NCBI GenBank assembly: GCA_951804945.1
Contig: OX638165.1
Span: forward strand, 27,528,001 to 27,592,000
Origin: Podarcis cretensis
Lineage: Eukaryota
Direction: 5' to 3'
DNA length: 64,000 nucleotides
Shown: positions 61,685 to 64,000 of the stretch, piece by piece
How positions within the stretch are numbered: the first letter of the stretch is position 1
Layout: the number at the start of each line of letters is the position of its first letter
Position numbers and translations under genes: made by a program
The notes under the pieces: generated by a model
The model's database searches: none
Seen by the model: the letters and a program-made list of their open reading frames with translations, nothing else
What the model was told of the DNA's origin: nothing

Positions 61685-64000
61685 TTGTAAAGGAGCACAG
61701 CCAGATAACACATGTGAAGTCCTTTGAACATTTGAAAGCCCTGTACAAATGCTAAGTAATGTTAGTTTGTTTTCGATCAAAGATCAAACAAAAGAGCAAG
61801 GCATCTGCATGTATTCTTGTAACAGGAACTTCTGTCCTTGAATCCTTTGCGCATAAAATGATTGTCTATTTGAGGAAGCAACTATTTAGCTATGATCTCA
61901 CAGTGCTTGTGTTCCTCTGGGCAATCTGCTCCCTTGTCCCCTCCATCCTTCTTCTCTAATACCTCCTAGATTCAGAAGCAAGAACAGGAGGAGGCTATCT
62001 CAGCATCTGGCCATCAGCACACTTTATGACAGCAGATTCCTTAAATTAATTAAGCATTGTGTGAAGGAGGGCTCCCTTTTGTTACTTGGGAACATCTTGC
62101 CAGTCAGCTGGATGACTCATCTAAGCAGGACACACTAAAGGTTTTTATTTTCTTTTTTAGATGCCCTGAACAAATTATAATCTTTCCTCCCTCCTGTCTT
62201 ATCCTATGCTAATGAGCAGGATGATAACAGCTGATCAAGAGTTGCCTGCGATGTGATTGTCACAATTCCATTTATGATATCCCTTGCTTCTTCACCTCCT
62301 CTTTGAATTGCATCAGTGTGCCAGGTGGTAAGTGGAGAGGAGGCCAGGAAAACTCTTCTCAGTCCAGTCCCCTGGAATTCTGGGTTTCACCCACAAGCTG
62401 TCATCATGATGCCCCAGGGTACCACCTCTAAAAGTACAGACAGTGCTTGTCTGCAGGGTATTTCCCAGACAGCAGAGGCAGGAGAAATCTTGGCACACAG
62501 GCAGCTCCCTTATTTACTTGAGTGCTATGTAATGTTCATAGGAATATATTGCCTACTGAAGGAATGCAGGAGGATATCCTGATCGGTTTTCTCTTCACTC
62601 TTCACACCTGCAACTCTAAGAGCACTTCCAGGCTTGTTTATTGGGCACTCATCCTGATTGGTTTGCAGGTAAAATAGGCTAGCCTGAGTACATAATGAGC
62701 ATTCATTCTGATTTGTTTGCAGAGGGATTAGGGGGTCACATCCACACCCTAGATTTTATGCACAAGACTTCCCTAAAATAATATTGGGAACTGGAGTTTA
62801 CTCTTCCTGGAGTCGCAATTACCAGCACCCTTGACAAACTACAGTTTCCATGATTCTTTGGTGGGGGGAGCCATGCGTTTTACATGTATGGTGTGTAATT
62901 GCATCAAAAAAAATGTTACTCCATACTTTCCAGGGTATTTTCTCATCTCACTCTTTGGCATAAAAAGGGACGTTTTTACTAAGAAAGCAGGTTTGTTGTG
63001 CAAGGGCTCCCAACAAACTGATTTGTCCAGTATGGTGGCAGCCTGGGAGCACCCTGAGCTAGTTGAACCATGCTCTGATTTTGTGTAAGGCAGCCGCCTG
63101 CAACATCACTATGATGCTTCTTTCATTCCTCTTTGGTTGGCAGGTGCAGGAAAAAAATCCCCAAAGATGGTGTTTTGTCTATTTGCCCCACTCAGTTACC
63201 CAAACTCCACTGTCTCACTTTGCCTCATGATATGACAGCCTCAGAAAATGCCTCAATATGAAACCCATAAGCAGGACCTGAGTGCAATAGCAGCATTCTC
63301 TCTCCCTGTGATTCCCAGAATCTGATATTCAGAGGTGTTCACTGATGGTGGAAGTAGAACCTAGCCATTGATAACCTCCTCCTCCATGAGTTTGTCTAAT
63401 CCTCAAAGCCAGTCATGTTGGTGGCCATCACTACATTTGCTTTTTCATTCCTCTCTTTGGGGGTCTAGAGGTGGGGGGAGGATTTGCAGCCTACCCAATT
63501 TGCGCTTCTTAAACCCATACAAGAACAGAAATGTACTTCTCATTCCGGTTCTGCAACCTCCCAAAATAATGATGCATACCAAACTGCAGATGTCTGGGGC
63601 AAATGGAGATAAAACTGCATCTACCCATGAAAACAACTTTCAAATGCATTAAGTGAGAGAGAATGGACAGATTTGTCCATTCCGCTCGTGGATGCATTGA
63701 GGTTCATGCCAACAGTTCCTCTGCGTTGAGCAAACAAGACTCTTGTGTTGAGTGACCTGCACATTTCGGCTGAGGATTGAATCCCCAGTCAGGGCCACCA
63801 CCATAACCTGGAGCCTGAAGGAACTTCTGAACCCATCAGAGACTCAGGAAGGATTTGCTCCCTGCCATTCCAGCCTTGCTCCTTTTTTTCCTCTGTCACT
63901 GGGGGGAAATCCCTTTTGACAGCCCAGGCAGAGAACTTCTAATTCCTGTCTACAGCTCATTTTTTCACTTGAATCCCTCAGCTAAAGGATTTTAATGCTT

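Noticed and set aside
42200-64000. CABP1 or other coding exons
   Set aside because: No EF-hand or CABP1 N-terminal peptides recognised in the ORF track or by eye; short ORFs look random or repeat-derived.

Overview
Vertebrate genomic DNA, inferred to be from a squamate and probably a lacertid lizard (Sauria-type SINEs, young L2, CR1, hAT and Tigger-like MITEs). It holds the conserved cluster DYNLL1(+) / COQ5(-) / RNF10(+) / POP5(-). All four coding sequences were assembled by hand with GT-AG introns and consistent phases. DYNLL1 has 2 coding exons (1423-5879, 89 aa; no promoter or first exon seen in the window). COQ5 has 7 exons (15722-8570, 318 aa), RNF10 has 17 exons (17462-33060, 813 aa) and POP5 has 5 exons (41572-35549, 167 aa). 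COQ5 and RNF10 are head-to-head; DYNLL1/COQ5 and RNF10/POP5 are tail-to-tail. The only long ORF (3787-5367) is a 5'-truncated but uninterrupted L2-clade reverse transcriptase in the DYNLL1 intron. From ~42 kb to the end I find no recognisable coding exon; by synteny this is probably upstream of CABP1. I cannot demonstrate a wholly new system. The best leads are an ATF4-like uORF arrangement in the RNF10 leader, a perfect TISU at the COQ5 start, a covarying L2 3' stem-loop, a Penelope-type hammerhead relic between the COQ5 and RNF10 promoters, a MITE family carrying ZNF143-like motifs, and an intact solo LTR pointing at POP5. Protein and repeat family assignments are from recall, not database searches.
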